Source: Thainema sp.
Lineage (GTDB): Bacteria; Cyanobacteriota; Cyanobacteriia; Phormidesmidales; Phormidesmidaceae
Length of the DNA stretch: 64,000 nucleotides
Direction: 5' to 3'
NCBI GenBank assembly: GCA_052168235.1
Contig: JBQLZK010000004.1
Location: 32,001-96,000 of the forward strand
The stretch's first letter is position 1, and each line of letters opens with the position of its first letter. Shown one piece after another: positions 1 through 7,786 of this stretch. The notes under the pieces were generated by a model. That model saw only the letters and a program-made list of their open reading frames with translations. It had not been told where the DNA came from and did no database searches. The position numbers were made by a program, and so were the translations under genes.

Positions 1-264
1 ACCGCGATCGCGCTCTCTGCACCTACTAGTAAAGCTGACGATGACGGGCGTATAGATGGAATGGCGCTACCTCAGCTATCGCCGTCGTTTACAGAAACAG
101 CAGTCAGTAGGATTGAGAACTTGGATACAACATTGGGTACAACAACTCAGCCGTGTATGAGTCTGATGACTAGAGCGGTTTCACAATTTCTTTCTGGAAG
201 TACTAGACCATCAGTGCTGTAATAAAAGCGATCGCATGATCAAACGTTTTAGGAGGTAAACAGG

Positions 265-741
265 ATGCAGTCGATGCCAATTGATATTGGAATTAAGGAA
301 CAGGATCGGCGCGAGATTGCCGAAGGGCTTTCCAAACTGCTCGCCGATACATATACCCTGTATCTCAAAACTCACAACTTCCACTGGAACGTGACTGGGC
401 CGATGTTCCAGACGTTGCACCTCATGTTTGAGCAGCAGTATAACGAGCTGGCTTTAGCGGTGGATCTGATTGCTGAACGGATCAGGGCTCTGGGCTTTCC
501 GGCTCCTGGAACGTATCAACAGTTTGCCCAGCTCTCATCCATCGACGAAGAGGAGGGTGTCCCAAACGCAGAGGACATGATCCGCAAGCTGGTGGAAGGT
601 CAGGAAGCGGTCGTCCGCACGGCCCGTTCAATCTTTCCAGTGGTGGAGCGATCGAGCGATGAACCTACGGCGGATTTGCTCACCCAACGGATGCAAGTTC
701 ACGAAAAAACAGCCTGGATGCTGAGAAGCTTACTGGGCTAG
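265..741 (+). CDS. dps: Dps family DNA starvation/stationary phase protection protein
   Basis: Dps signatures [32 protein letters not shown] and [17 protein letters not shown] upstream. Confidence 0.95.
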   Translation: MQSMPIDIGIKEQDRREIAEGLSKLLADTYTLYLKTHNFHWNVTGPMFQTLHLMFEQQYNELALAVDLIAERIRALGFPAPGTYQQFAQLSSIDEEEGVPNAEDMIRKLVEGQEAVVRTARSIFPVVERSSDEPTADLLTQRMQVHEKTAWMLRSLLG

Positions 742-761
742 TGGCACACGATTACATGATT

Positions 762-817
762 GCGATCGCACTTTCTATTCCTATCTTCATACTTGAATAT
801 TGGGAAAGTGCGATCGC
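762..817. repeat. HIP1-bounded ~50 bp repeat unit (copy 1)
   Basis: GCGATCGCACTTTC...GAAAGTGCGATCGC 14-bp inverted termini; the interior resembles the units at 1518-1623. Confidence 0.8.
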
Positions 818-838
818 ACCATACAAGCTCCACAATCA

Positions 839-1462
839 TCATTTACCAGCACTCAAAATTTGTTCAGCCGTTAGCTTCAATCCTGGAAAAGTTGACGAGT
901 CGATAGTTTGATTGCCTCGCAGCTGCTGAATTTCGTACTCTCCATCGACCAGCGTACAGATAGAAAGAGTGGGCTGTTTGGGTTTACCAATGTATCGAGT
1001 TCCGCCCAATCCTGCGTAGTCTGCAATCCAATATTCGGGGATACCTAAAGCTGCATAGTCTTCAACTTTACGAGCATAGTCGTTTTGCCAGTTGCTGCTA
1101 ACAACTTCGGCGATAAATTTAATCGAACTGCCTAGAGTCAGGATCGATTGGTCAGGCCAGAGCGGTTCTTGGGGCAATTCACCTTGGTCAATAACTGCAA
1201 CATCAGGTCGAAATGCAGTCATACCGATGTTAGAAGGGCGCAACAATCCGCGTTGCAGCACAAACCAAGGTGAACCTGTGCTGTCGATTTGGACGCAAAG
1301 CTTGCGAGTGATGAAGGCGGCCACTTCCTCATGCTGACCCGTTGGTTCCAAGTCAAACACCTCTCCATCAATCAGCTCATAGCGCTTATCCCCACCATAA
1401 CGGTTGAGGAACTGATCAAAGTCGAGCGACTGTTGTATTGGCTGGTTGAACGCAATAGTCAT
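839..1462 (-). CDS. Uma2 (DUF820) family PD-(D/E)XK endonuclease
   Basis: RYELIDGE, RPDVAVID, IAEVVSSN, DYARKVEDYAALGIPEYWIAD; ATG 1462 preferred over the 1480 ORF start. Confidence 0.92.
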   Translation of the reverse strand: MTIAFNQPIQQSLDFDQFLNRYGGDKRYELIDGEVFDLEPTGQHEEVAAFITRKLCVQIDSTGSPWFVLQRGLLRPSNIGMTAFRPDVAVIDQGELPQEPLWPDQSILTLGSSIKFIAEVVSSNWQNDYARKVEDYAALGIPEYWIADYAGLGGTRYIGKPKQPTLSICTLVDGEYEIQQLRGNQTIDSSTFPGLKLTAEQILSAGK

Positions 1463-1517
1463 AGGCCAACTTTGTCCCATCGGTGCCTTCAGTCTACTCT
1501 AGAAAAATTTAGAATTT

Positions 1518-1623
1518 GCGATCGCACTTCTATTCCCACCTTCTATTTGAATCTTGGGAAAGTGCGATCGCACCTTACTACTCCTACCCACCTTCTATTT
1601 GAGCTTTGGAAAAGTGCGATCGG
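1518..1623. repeat. Two tandem HIP1-bounded repeat units (copies 2 and 3)
   Basis: HIP1 at 1518 and 1564 and a variant GCGATCGG at 1616; shared interior CCCACCTTCTATTTGA..TTGG.AAAGT. Confidence 0.8.
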
Positions 1624-1708
1624 ACTAACGGTGAAGTTGTGCGGCGGCAGACAGGCTTGAACTCTCACCGATAACCTTTGTGCCGTCCGCACCAACGAAG
1701 TGTTAGGC
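1623..1708 (-). other. attC: Integron attC recombination site (86 bp)
   Basis: Minus strand reads R'' GCCTAAC, 5-nt spacer ACTTC, L'' GTTGGTGC ... L' GCACAAC, 6-nt spacer TTCACC, R' GTTAGTC. L'' has one extra base relative to L'. The Rieske gene stop TAA lies within R''. Confidence 0.88.
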
Positions 1709-2674
1709 TGCTAATGAATGGTTCCAGTTTTTGTAAAGTTCTTCTGCGTAGAACATAATCTCTTCATTTGGCAGATGAAGCTTAGCTTTTTGCCTTGGGT
1801 ATAAACTTTCAAGGCAATCCGCATCTTGTTGAACCACAATCGAAGCTGCATTGAGTAGAGAATCCTGCATGATTGGTTTTAATTCAGGATTGCTAAATTT
1901 TGCATAGAGCAGGATGAAAGTCTTAGTCGTATCCTCTGTCTCTGGATAAAGAATATGTCCTTGATACGTTTTGACATCAGGAGAATTCAAGCAAAAGAAC
2001 TGAGTTGATGGAAAAACATATTCAAGGAAATTTTCCATCACTTCCGGAATTGCTCCTAGCATCGGATTGGCTTCAATCTCTTCTGCTGTGTAGTCATCTT
2101 TCTCAGCTACCTGAGAAACTTTAGCGTAAATACCATCTTTTTCAAGAAATGTAGATCGAGTGGATTTGACCTTGAAAAACTCTCTGTGAGTACCATTTTG
2201 ATGATCGTGATCATAATTGATCATCAGGCTACTCAAGAAGCTATTTTGAATACTTCTCAGAGCAGTCACTCCCAAAAATTCATATTCAGATGCAACTTTC
2301 CTATGTAACTCGGGAATAGGTAGCCGAGGATCAAACCCACCATAAGTCCAAATGAAGTCACCATCAACAATCAACTCTAATGGTTCGGCTAGCGGTACAC
2401 GGCTTAACCCACAATCTCGCAACAAATGCCCTGACCCATCGAATTCCACAGCATGAAACGGGCAGGTGATCGAATTACGCTCCTCACAAATCCATCCATT
2501 GGACAACGGAGCTTGCATATGTGGACAAATATTGTTAAGAGCAAAAACCTCTCCAGCGGCATTCTGCCAAAGGACGTAATCTTGACCATTCAGCGTGATT
2601 TTATATGGTTTGTTGACCTCCAGCATAGACTTATGGGCTATGAGCCAAGGCGCACCGGGAAGAATGGGAAGCAT
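1703..2674 (-). CDS. Rieske [2Fe-2S] non-heme iron oxygenase (ring-hydroxylating/VanA-like alpha subunit)
   Basis: CPH...CPFH Rieske ligands; NYDHDHQNGTH mononuclear iron motif; distal QQDA aspartate. Confidence 0.9.
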   Translation of the reverse strand: MLPILPGAPWLIAHKSMLEVNKPYKITLNGQDYVLWQNAAGEVFALNNICPHMQAPLSNGWICEERNSITCPFHAVEFDGSGHLLRDCGLSRVPLAEPLELIVDGDFIWTYGGFDPRLPIPELHRKVASEYEFLGVTALRSIQNSFLSSLMINYDHDHQNGTHREFFKVKSTRSTFLEKDGIYAKVSQVAEKDDYTAEEIEANPMLGAIPEVMENFLEYVFPSTQFFCLNSPDVKTYQGHILYPETEDTTKTFILLYAKFSNPELKPIMQDSLLNAASIVVQQDADCLESLYPRQKAKLHLPNEEIMFYAEELYKNWNHSLAA

Positions 2675-2690
2675 AACGTATCGAACCTCT

Positions 2691-2732
2691 AATTAAACAC
2701 TTGTTTAGTTAATTAAACGGATGTTTAATTAA
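2691..2732. promoter_or_regulatory. Tandem palindromic operators, probable TetR binding sites
   Basis: AATTAAACACTTGTTTAGTT directly followed by AATTAAACGGATGTTTAATT (TAAAC-N4-GTTTA twice, 20-bp period) between the divergent genes. Confidence 0.75.
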
Positions 2733-2807
2733 TCTGTCAAGTATCTCTGATGGAAAACCAGGGGGTAGGCTGGATACAGTCGTCTGTTTGCTGGATCAAC
2801 CTAGGTC

Positions 2808-3449
2808 ATGCCCAAATTGTCTAACTCTGCTGCCAAAAAGGAAAAGCAAAGCCGTAATCCGGAAGTCACAAAGGCTAATATTCTGTCGGCTGCGATTGAA
2901 GAATTTGCACAGTACGGTTTGTCTGGCGCACGGACAGAGGCGATCGCATCTCGTAGCGGCGTCACAAAAGCAATGCTTTGTTACTACTTTAAAAACAAGG
3001 AAACCCTTTACCGATCGGTTTTACAGCAGCTTGTTGACGACATTAACAACGCCTTTCAAAACATTGATTGGGAAAAGCTGTCTGCCGATCAGGCGCTAGA
3101 GGCAGTTGTCCGAAACTATATCGGATTTGAGGTCAGCAATCGCTGGCATGGAATGCTATGGTTCCAGGAAGCTATTCAGAACCAAGGTCGCTATGGTGCA
3201 GAGACAGGATGGCAAGCGGGTTTTCAAACGATTGTAGAAATCTTGGAACGAGGAATCGCTGAGAAAAAATTCCGCCAGGTTGATCCGTTTCTAACAGCAA
3301 TTAATATTTTGGGTATCTGCTCGTTTTACTTCGATGCCCATGAAAACCTGAAATACCTTGACTCTAATAAAGACCTTCTAAGTTCTGACATGGTCAAGCA
3401 GCAAACAGAAACGGCTGTCGAGTTTATTCTTGCAGGTATAGCGGCTTAA
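2808..3449 (+). CDS. TetR/AcrR family transcriptional regulator
   Basis: N-terminal HTH ILSAAIEEFAQYGLSGARTEAIASRSGVTKAMLCYYFKNKETLY. Confidence 0.95.
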   Translation: MPKLSNSAAKKEKQSRNPEVTKANILSAAIEEFAQYGLSGARTEAIASRSGVTKAMLCYYFKNKETLYRSVLQQLVDDINNAFQNIDWEKLSADQALEAVVRNYIGFEVSNRWHGMLWFQEAIQNQGRYGAETGWQAGFQTIVEILERGIAEKKFRQVDPFLTAINILGICSFYFDAHENLKYLDSNKDLLSSDMVKQQTETAVEFILAGIAA

Positions 3450-3468
3450 ACGCATACCTGCTTAAGCC

Positions 3469-3574
3469 GCCTAACTATTAATTAGACGGAAATAGTCTAC
3501 TTAAACCGCCAAATTGGGTGTTTAGGTAGAAATCTGTCAGCCTAAACATACCAATTGCGGTGTTTAGGTGGAAA
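3469..3574 (-). other. attI-like site with accessory repeats
   Basis: Minus strand GTCTAAT-TAATA-GTTAGGC has the L box/5-nt spacer/R box geometry of attI1. Upstream are direct repeats GGTGTTTAGGT(A/G)GAAA at 3517-3532 and 3559-3574 (plus strand). Confidence 0.55.
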
Positions 3575-3692
3575 CGTTCAGTATAACCACCCTACGATTT
3601 GGAATTGTGGCACGGATACAAGGATGACCACCAAACTGTTTTGGATTGTATAGGTCCTTTCGAGTAGTTTTAACTTTTTATAAAGCATCAAA

Positions 3693-3731
3693 CATCACTT
3701 ACCAGCACTCAAAACTTGTTCAGCCGTTAGC
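3693..3731 (-). pseudogene. Remnant of a Uma2 gene 3' end
   Basis: 37/39 identical to 837-875, the end of the first Uma2 gene; encodes LTAEQVLSAGK*. Confidence 0.8.
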
Positions 3732-3732
3732 C

Positions 3733-3801
3733 GGACAGATTTATGACCGATTAGTGGCGCATTTTGGACATGATGCCATTTTTAAGGATGTGGATGACAT
3801 T
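3733..3801 (+). pseudogene. Fragment of a TIR-domain gene
   Basis: Translates as GQIYDRLVAHFGHDAIFKDVDDI, resembling the bacterial TIR_2 segment (GRIYDRL..HFG...IFKDVD.I); no start codon and no rest of the domain. Confidence 0.65.
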
Positions 3802-3826
3802 CTAAATTGCACATCACGTCAGTAAG

Positions 3827-4408
3827 CTATCCTTGCAAAATCTGCTCAGCAATCAACTGCAAGGCTGAAAACATGGGTGGCTCGATCACCTCTGTGCCTG
3901 AATACTCTGCTGCCTCATACCACCCTTCCAACAGCATACACACCGTTACCCTCTCCTTCAGCGGGTCAACGATCCAATACTCTGGAATATCCAGCACGCT
4001 ATACTCTGCCCGCTTGGCCCGATAGTCCGTACTCTTCGTAGACTCGCTCACCACCTCCACCACCAGTAACGGTGGCGGCTCGTTCAGACGAATGACCGCT
4101 TCCCGGTTTTGCAATGTCTCCCATTGCGCCAACGTTAGCACCGTCACATCCGGAATCCGCACTGTATCCCAGGCTTCACCCCGAGGCGATTGCAGCCCAA
4201 CTGTTCCCGCCAGCGCAATCCACGGCTGCCGCAGACGCTCAATCTCATCATCCAAAATACGCTCCAAACGCTTGATGATGGCTCCGTGACGACCAGTCCC
4301 TAAACTCATCGGCAGCAGATCCCCATTCAGCAACTCATAGCGAACATCACTGCCATCGTCATAGGCCAGATATTCCTCTAGAGTTAAGCGCTGAGTGGCG
4401 ATCGACAT
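3827..4408 (-). CDS. Uma2 family endonuclease
   Basis: LTLEEYLAYDDGSDVRYELLNG, RIPDVTVL, LVVEVVSES, DYRAKRAEYSVLDIPEYWIVDP. Confidence 0.95.
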   Translation of the reverse strand: MSIATQRLTLEEYLAYDDGSDVRYELLNGDLLPMSLGTGRHGAIIKRLERILDDEIERLRQPWIALAGTVGLQSPRGEAWDTVRIPDVTVLTLAQWETLQNREAVIRLNEPPPLLVVEVVSESTKSTDYRAKRAEYSVLDIPEYWIVDPLKERVTVCMLLEGWYEAAEYSGTEVIEPPMFSALQLIAEQILQG

Positions 4409-4478
4409 AGCTAGGTCGTTGCAACAGTAAGGTCTTACCCAAATCGCAAAATGTAGTGGATAACGCCTGCTTAACGGG

Positions 4479-5024
4479 TTAAGCGGCGGAATCGTGGTGA
4501 TTAGGGGGTTGGTCGATGAGCAGCGCGTCTAGATCCGGTGGGGGAATGATTAGCGTGACGGCGGGTTGTTCGGTCGCGGGTTGATGATTTTCCTGAGAGG
4601 GTTCGACCACGACATCAAGAACCGTCGTTGATGAATCGGGTTGTTCTGTCATTGCTGCCGCCGCGTCTGAATCTGTCGGTTTTGCAGGTGCGGGTTCAGC
4701 CGATGCCGTTTCAACCGCCTCTACCGGACTCACAGGGCACTCTTCCACAGGCACGGCCTCAGTGGAACTCTCTTCTGCGACACTCACATCATCAGCCGCT
4801 TCAGCAGATTCAGCATCCTCATCGATCCAGGGCGAATCGAAATGGTGCCAAGGCAAAATTGGACTATTAGGTAACTCACTGGATAAAACCGTGATGTTCT
4901 CCTTATCGGGTTCAGGAATACAAAGACCATCCTGAGCCGAACATCCATTTTGGGACATTTCAGTAATCGGAGGATTCATAACGGAGACCAACGCGACAGG
5001 CGATGTGCAGGATTTGCCAACCAT
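4479..5024 (-). CDS. Hypothetical acidic/Pro-rich protein
   Basis: Starts immediately after the stop of the upstream gene; short motif PILPWHHFDSPW followed by a low-complexity tail; start uncertain. Confidence 0.6.
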   Translation of the reverse strand: MVGKSCTSPVALVSVMNPPITEMSQNGCSAQDGLCIPEPDKENITVLSSELPNSPILPWHHFDSPWIDEDAESAEAADDVSVAEESSTEAVPVEECPVSPVEAVETASAEPAPAKPTDSDAAAAMTEQPDSSTTVLDVVVEPSQENHQPATEQPAVTLIIPPPDLDALLIDQPPNHHDSAA

Positions 5025-5666
5025 TTAGACGAAATAGGTCGCCAAAATGTGCGTTAACAGAATACCTGCGATCGCAAGGGTATTGTAGGCAGCATACTTG
5101 AGTGTTTGAGAGACATCATCCACTCGCTGCTTGTTCGCATTATATATCTCAGTCAAATTGGCTAGCATCTGTAATTGATACTGATCCGGCGTCAGCACCA
5201 GATAGCGCTCCAAAAATTTGCGGTCTTCTAGGTTGGGACTCACCGCCACTTGACGAGGTAAATAAGCCCGCACCAACAGGACGAAACTCACCGCAAATCC
5301 AGTAATTTCGGCCAAGCTGAAGATACTCGGATGAAAGATCAGCTGCGAGATGGTCAAACTGGTCAGCAACGCACCATTGGTCACAAACAGAATGTTAAGT
5401 TTTGTCGTCAAAACCTGACTTTGCTCCCGCTGCTCCTCCAGCACCCGCCGCACATCCTGCGCCGCATAGTCGAGCGTCAGCGCAATCAGGGCTGGTTGGG
5501 CTGGCGGAGTCGGCTGAGGCGACAGTTCAGCTTGAGCCGTTGGAGGCGATGGCTCAGATGGTGCTTGAGGAGAAGATTTTGTCGATTGAGCCGATTGATT
5601 CGGTTGAGTGGAATAGGCAGATGAATCGAATTGAGCAGCTTGGGTCGAAAGTTCAGAGTCAGTCAC
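5025..5666 (-). CDS. Hypothetical membrane protein (about 3 TM helices)
   Basis: 213-aa ORF with a disordered N-terminus and three hydrophobic segments. Confidence 0.75.
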   Translation of the reverse strand: MTDSELSTQAAQFDSSAYSTQPNQSAQSTKSSPQAPSEPSPPTAQAELSPQPTPPAQPALIALTLDYAAQDVRRVLEEQREQSQVLTTKLNILFVTNGALLTSLTISQLIFHPSIFSLAEITGFAVSFVLLVRAYLPRQVAVSPNLEDRKFLERYLVLTPDQYQLQMLANLTEIYNANKQRVDDVSQTLKYAAYNTLAIAGILLTHILATYFV

Positions 5667-5726
5667 GTTTGCGATCGCAGATGGCAGGTGGCATTCAGGC
5701 AGCAGATTACAGTTTCTAAAACCATA

Positions 5727-6110
5727 CTAATCAGTTACATCGGCTTCTGCATGGGTTTCTTGCTGCGAATGCAACACAACTCCACGTTCCGACACAGACC
5801 ATTCCGGTCGCCACTGATACTCACTCAGTTTAATTTTATTTTTCTGGTTGAATTTGACCCCTTCTTGCTCCAATAACTCCTGCTGAAGATAGTCCGAACC
5901 TTCCCGAAACGGCGAGTGCGATACTTCTCCCTTCGCATTAATCACCCGATGCCAGGGAACCTCATCTTTTTCCACAACGCGATACAGCGCATAGCCCACC
6001 AGCCGCGCCTGCCCCGGCATGTTCGCCAACTCAGCAATTTGCCCATAGGTTGCCACCTGGCCCACCGGAATTTGCCGCACAATTTTGTAAATCTGCTCGT
6101 AAGCTGTCAT
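5727..6110 (-). CDS. MGMT family alkyltransferase-like (ATL) protein
   Basis: IPVGQVATYGQIA...ARLVG and PWHRV (Trp instead of the catalytic Cys of PCHRV). Confidence 0.92.
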   Translation of the reverse strand: MTAYEQIYKIVRQIPVGQVATYGQIAELANMPGQARLVGYALYRVVEKDEVPWHRVINAKGEVSHSPFREGSDYLQQELLEQEGVKFNQKNKIKLSEYQWRPEWSVSERGVVLHSQQETHAEADVTD

Positions 6111-6805
6111 GAGGCAGAGGGTTCAGCGGGCAGGTGAGTTGCGATCGCACTTCTACATTCCTCAACAGGCAACCGTTCCTGCATGGCCGTGACCAGCGCA
6201 TCATAGGCATCGCGATGTTTTTCCAGTAACGTTTTCGCTTGCAAAGCCGACCAGCGCTGACGAGCCTCGCATTCACTGAGCGGTCGCTGAAGCTGCGTCC
6301 AGAGGATGCGGAAGTTTTGCCGATCATCCTTGCCGCCCTGGGCGTTGTTGTAAACCAGCATTTCTGCGGCGATGCCCGCCATCCAGACCATGCTGTAACG
6401 GTTCAGCAACTGGGCGGAGAGTTGGCCCTGTTCAATTTCCTGCTCTAGCTCACCCGTGCTGAAAATGACGCCGCCTTGTCCCGGTAAGCCACGCCGAAAG
6501 GCTTCCCAGGCGCTGAGGCTGTAGTCCGTAACGGGAATCTCTAGCAGATGCGCCACCAGAAAATGTCCCGCCTCGTGATGCAGCACCCGTTCCCGTTCCT
6601 CCGCTGAACCCATTTTTAGCCAGTCCAGCAGCAGCGTGCCGCCGCGTCCCTGGAAGCTAAAGCTGTCTACCGTTGCCACGCCTAAAATACTAACCGTTGC
6701 GATCGCAGGTATGACAGGCGAAATATGCAGCATTGGCCCTAGCAGACTCGACATCGTCAGGCCAAAGATGGTGATGGCAATCAGGTTAATGCTGGTCTGA
6801 TTCAT
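6107..6805 (-). CDS. Membrane-bound M41/FtsH-like Zn peptidase without ATPase domain
   Basis: HHEAGHFLVA (HEXXH) and MAGIAAE third ligand; two N-terminal TM helices. Confidence 0.88.
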   Translation of the reverse strand: MNQTSINLIAITIFGLTMSSLLGPMLHISPVIPAIATVSILGVATVDSFSFQGRGGTLLLDWLKMGSAEERERVLHHEAGHFLVAHLLEIPVTDYSLSAWEAFRRGLPGQGGVIFSTGELEQEIEQGQLSAQLLNRYSMVWMAGIAAEMLVYNNAQGGKDDRQNFRILWTQLQRPLSECEARQRWSALQAKTLLEKHRDAYDALVTAMQERLPVEECRSAIATHLPAEPSAS

Positions 6806-6873
6806 GGCAGGTCGGGATCACGCGAACAGTTCTATTTACCGTAACAAACGATCCCCATTCTTGCTGCACTGTT

Positions 6874-6919
6874 CAAGCGAATACCCAAAGCGGCATTAGC
6901 CGCTTTGGGTATTCGCTTG
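6874..6919. repeat. Perfect 21-bp inverted repeat
   Basis: CAAGCGAATACCCAAAGCGGC-ATTA-GCCGCTTTGGGTATTCGCTTG. Confidence 0.9.
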
Positions 6920-6933
6920 GGTATTTGCATACG

Positions 6934-7104
6934 TTAATTCGATTCATTCAGCGTCCGATGAGCCGGATTTGTGGAAATAAACTGACCGTAGAAGCGGCTG
7001 AAGTGCCAGAACCGGATGAGTGCTTGCCGTGCAATATGGCGAGGTTCTTTGGCCTCAAAGTTTTCTGCTTCGACAAAATTGGTATGAACAGTGAGCCACA
7101 GCAT
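6934..7104 (-). CDS. Candidate small protein (56 aa), below the ORF-track cutoff
   Basis: GAGGTG RBS just before the ATG; MLWLTVHTNFVEAENFEAKEPRHIARQALIRFWHFSRFYGQFISTNPAHRTLNESN*; hairpin follows the stop. Confidence 0.4.
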   Translation of the reverse strand: MLWLTVHTNFVEAENFEAKEPRHIARQALIRFWHFSRFYGQFISTNPAHRTLNESN

Positions 7105-7371
7105 AATTCACCTCTTCTTTTCCTAATGGCAATACGGGTTGATGACTGTTTCTGATTACAGAAATTCTGATTACAGAAATAACTACAGATCAGGCACTCT
7201 GATTCCGCTCCAGTCCGATGAAGACTGGATAAATTTTGGCTTAATTTAAGTGTTCCCAAAGAGTGCTGAACTGGAGGACTAGCAGTAGGAATGAAGTGCG
7301 ATCGCGGCTTTCCTCGCTTGCTTGATTTCATCCTATGAAAATGCCTCAGCACAATCAAACGATGGCATCAA

Positions 7372-7665
7372 TTACATAGATGAAAGACATTCATATAGCT
7401 GAACCAGAGGCATAGGTTTAACCAGTGAGCGAATTTCAGCCCAAACTTTGCGCGTACCGTCTGATTCAGTTGAAATGACGGCGTAGTGTCCCTGATATTC
7501 AATTGCACAGGCCAATGCACAAGCTTTCACCCGCTCATCTGATGGGTACTGGGCAATCAGCTTGTAAATGCCGTTGTGAATGATGGCTCCTTTGTAAATT
7601 GCCCCATCGGCAAAGAACTTAAATTCAGAAATATCTGAGCCTGAAATAATCTGAAATCGGGTCAT
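7372..7665 (-). CDS. Hypothetical protein
   Basis: 97-aa ATG ORF with globular composition filling the gap. Confidence 0.65.
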   Translation of the reverse strand: MTRFQIISGSDISEFKFFADGAIYKGAIIHNGIYKLIAQYPSDERVKACALACAIEYQGHYAVISTESDGTRKVWAEIRSLVKPMPLVQLYECLSSM

Positions 7666-7786
7666 GATGAGCTTCTTGGCATCCTAGCTAAGATGAACCG
7701 CGCAACACCATTGTATAAACGCTTTAGTAACGTCCGAATAAGAAACTTGTAAGAAGAGAAAAATCAGCACCGGCTGTATGGAGTGG

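Larger units (their letters stand above)
1629..3474 (-). mobile_element. Putative integron gene cassette carrying Rieske oxygenase and divergent TetR
   Basis: Starts at G|TTAGGC (3475-3469, minus strand), the exact complement of its attC R'' box, and ends at attC R'; visibly more AT-rich than flanking core genes. Confidence 0.75.

Noticed and set aside
1518..1623. Possible mini CRISPR array (regular HIP1-containing repeats)
   Set aside because: The intervening sequences resemble each other rather than being unique spacers, there are only 2-3 units, and no cas genes are present.
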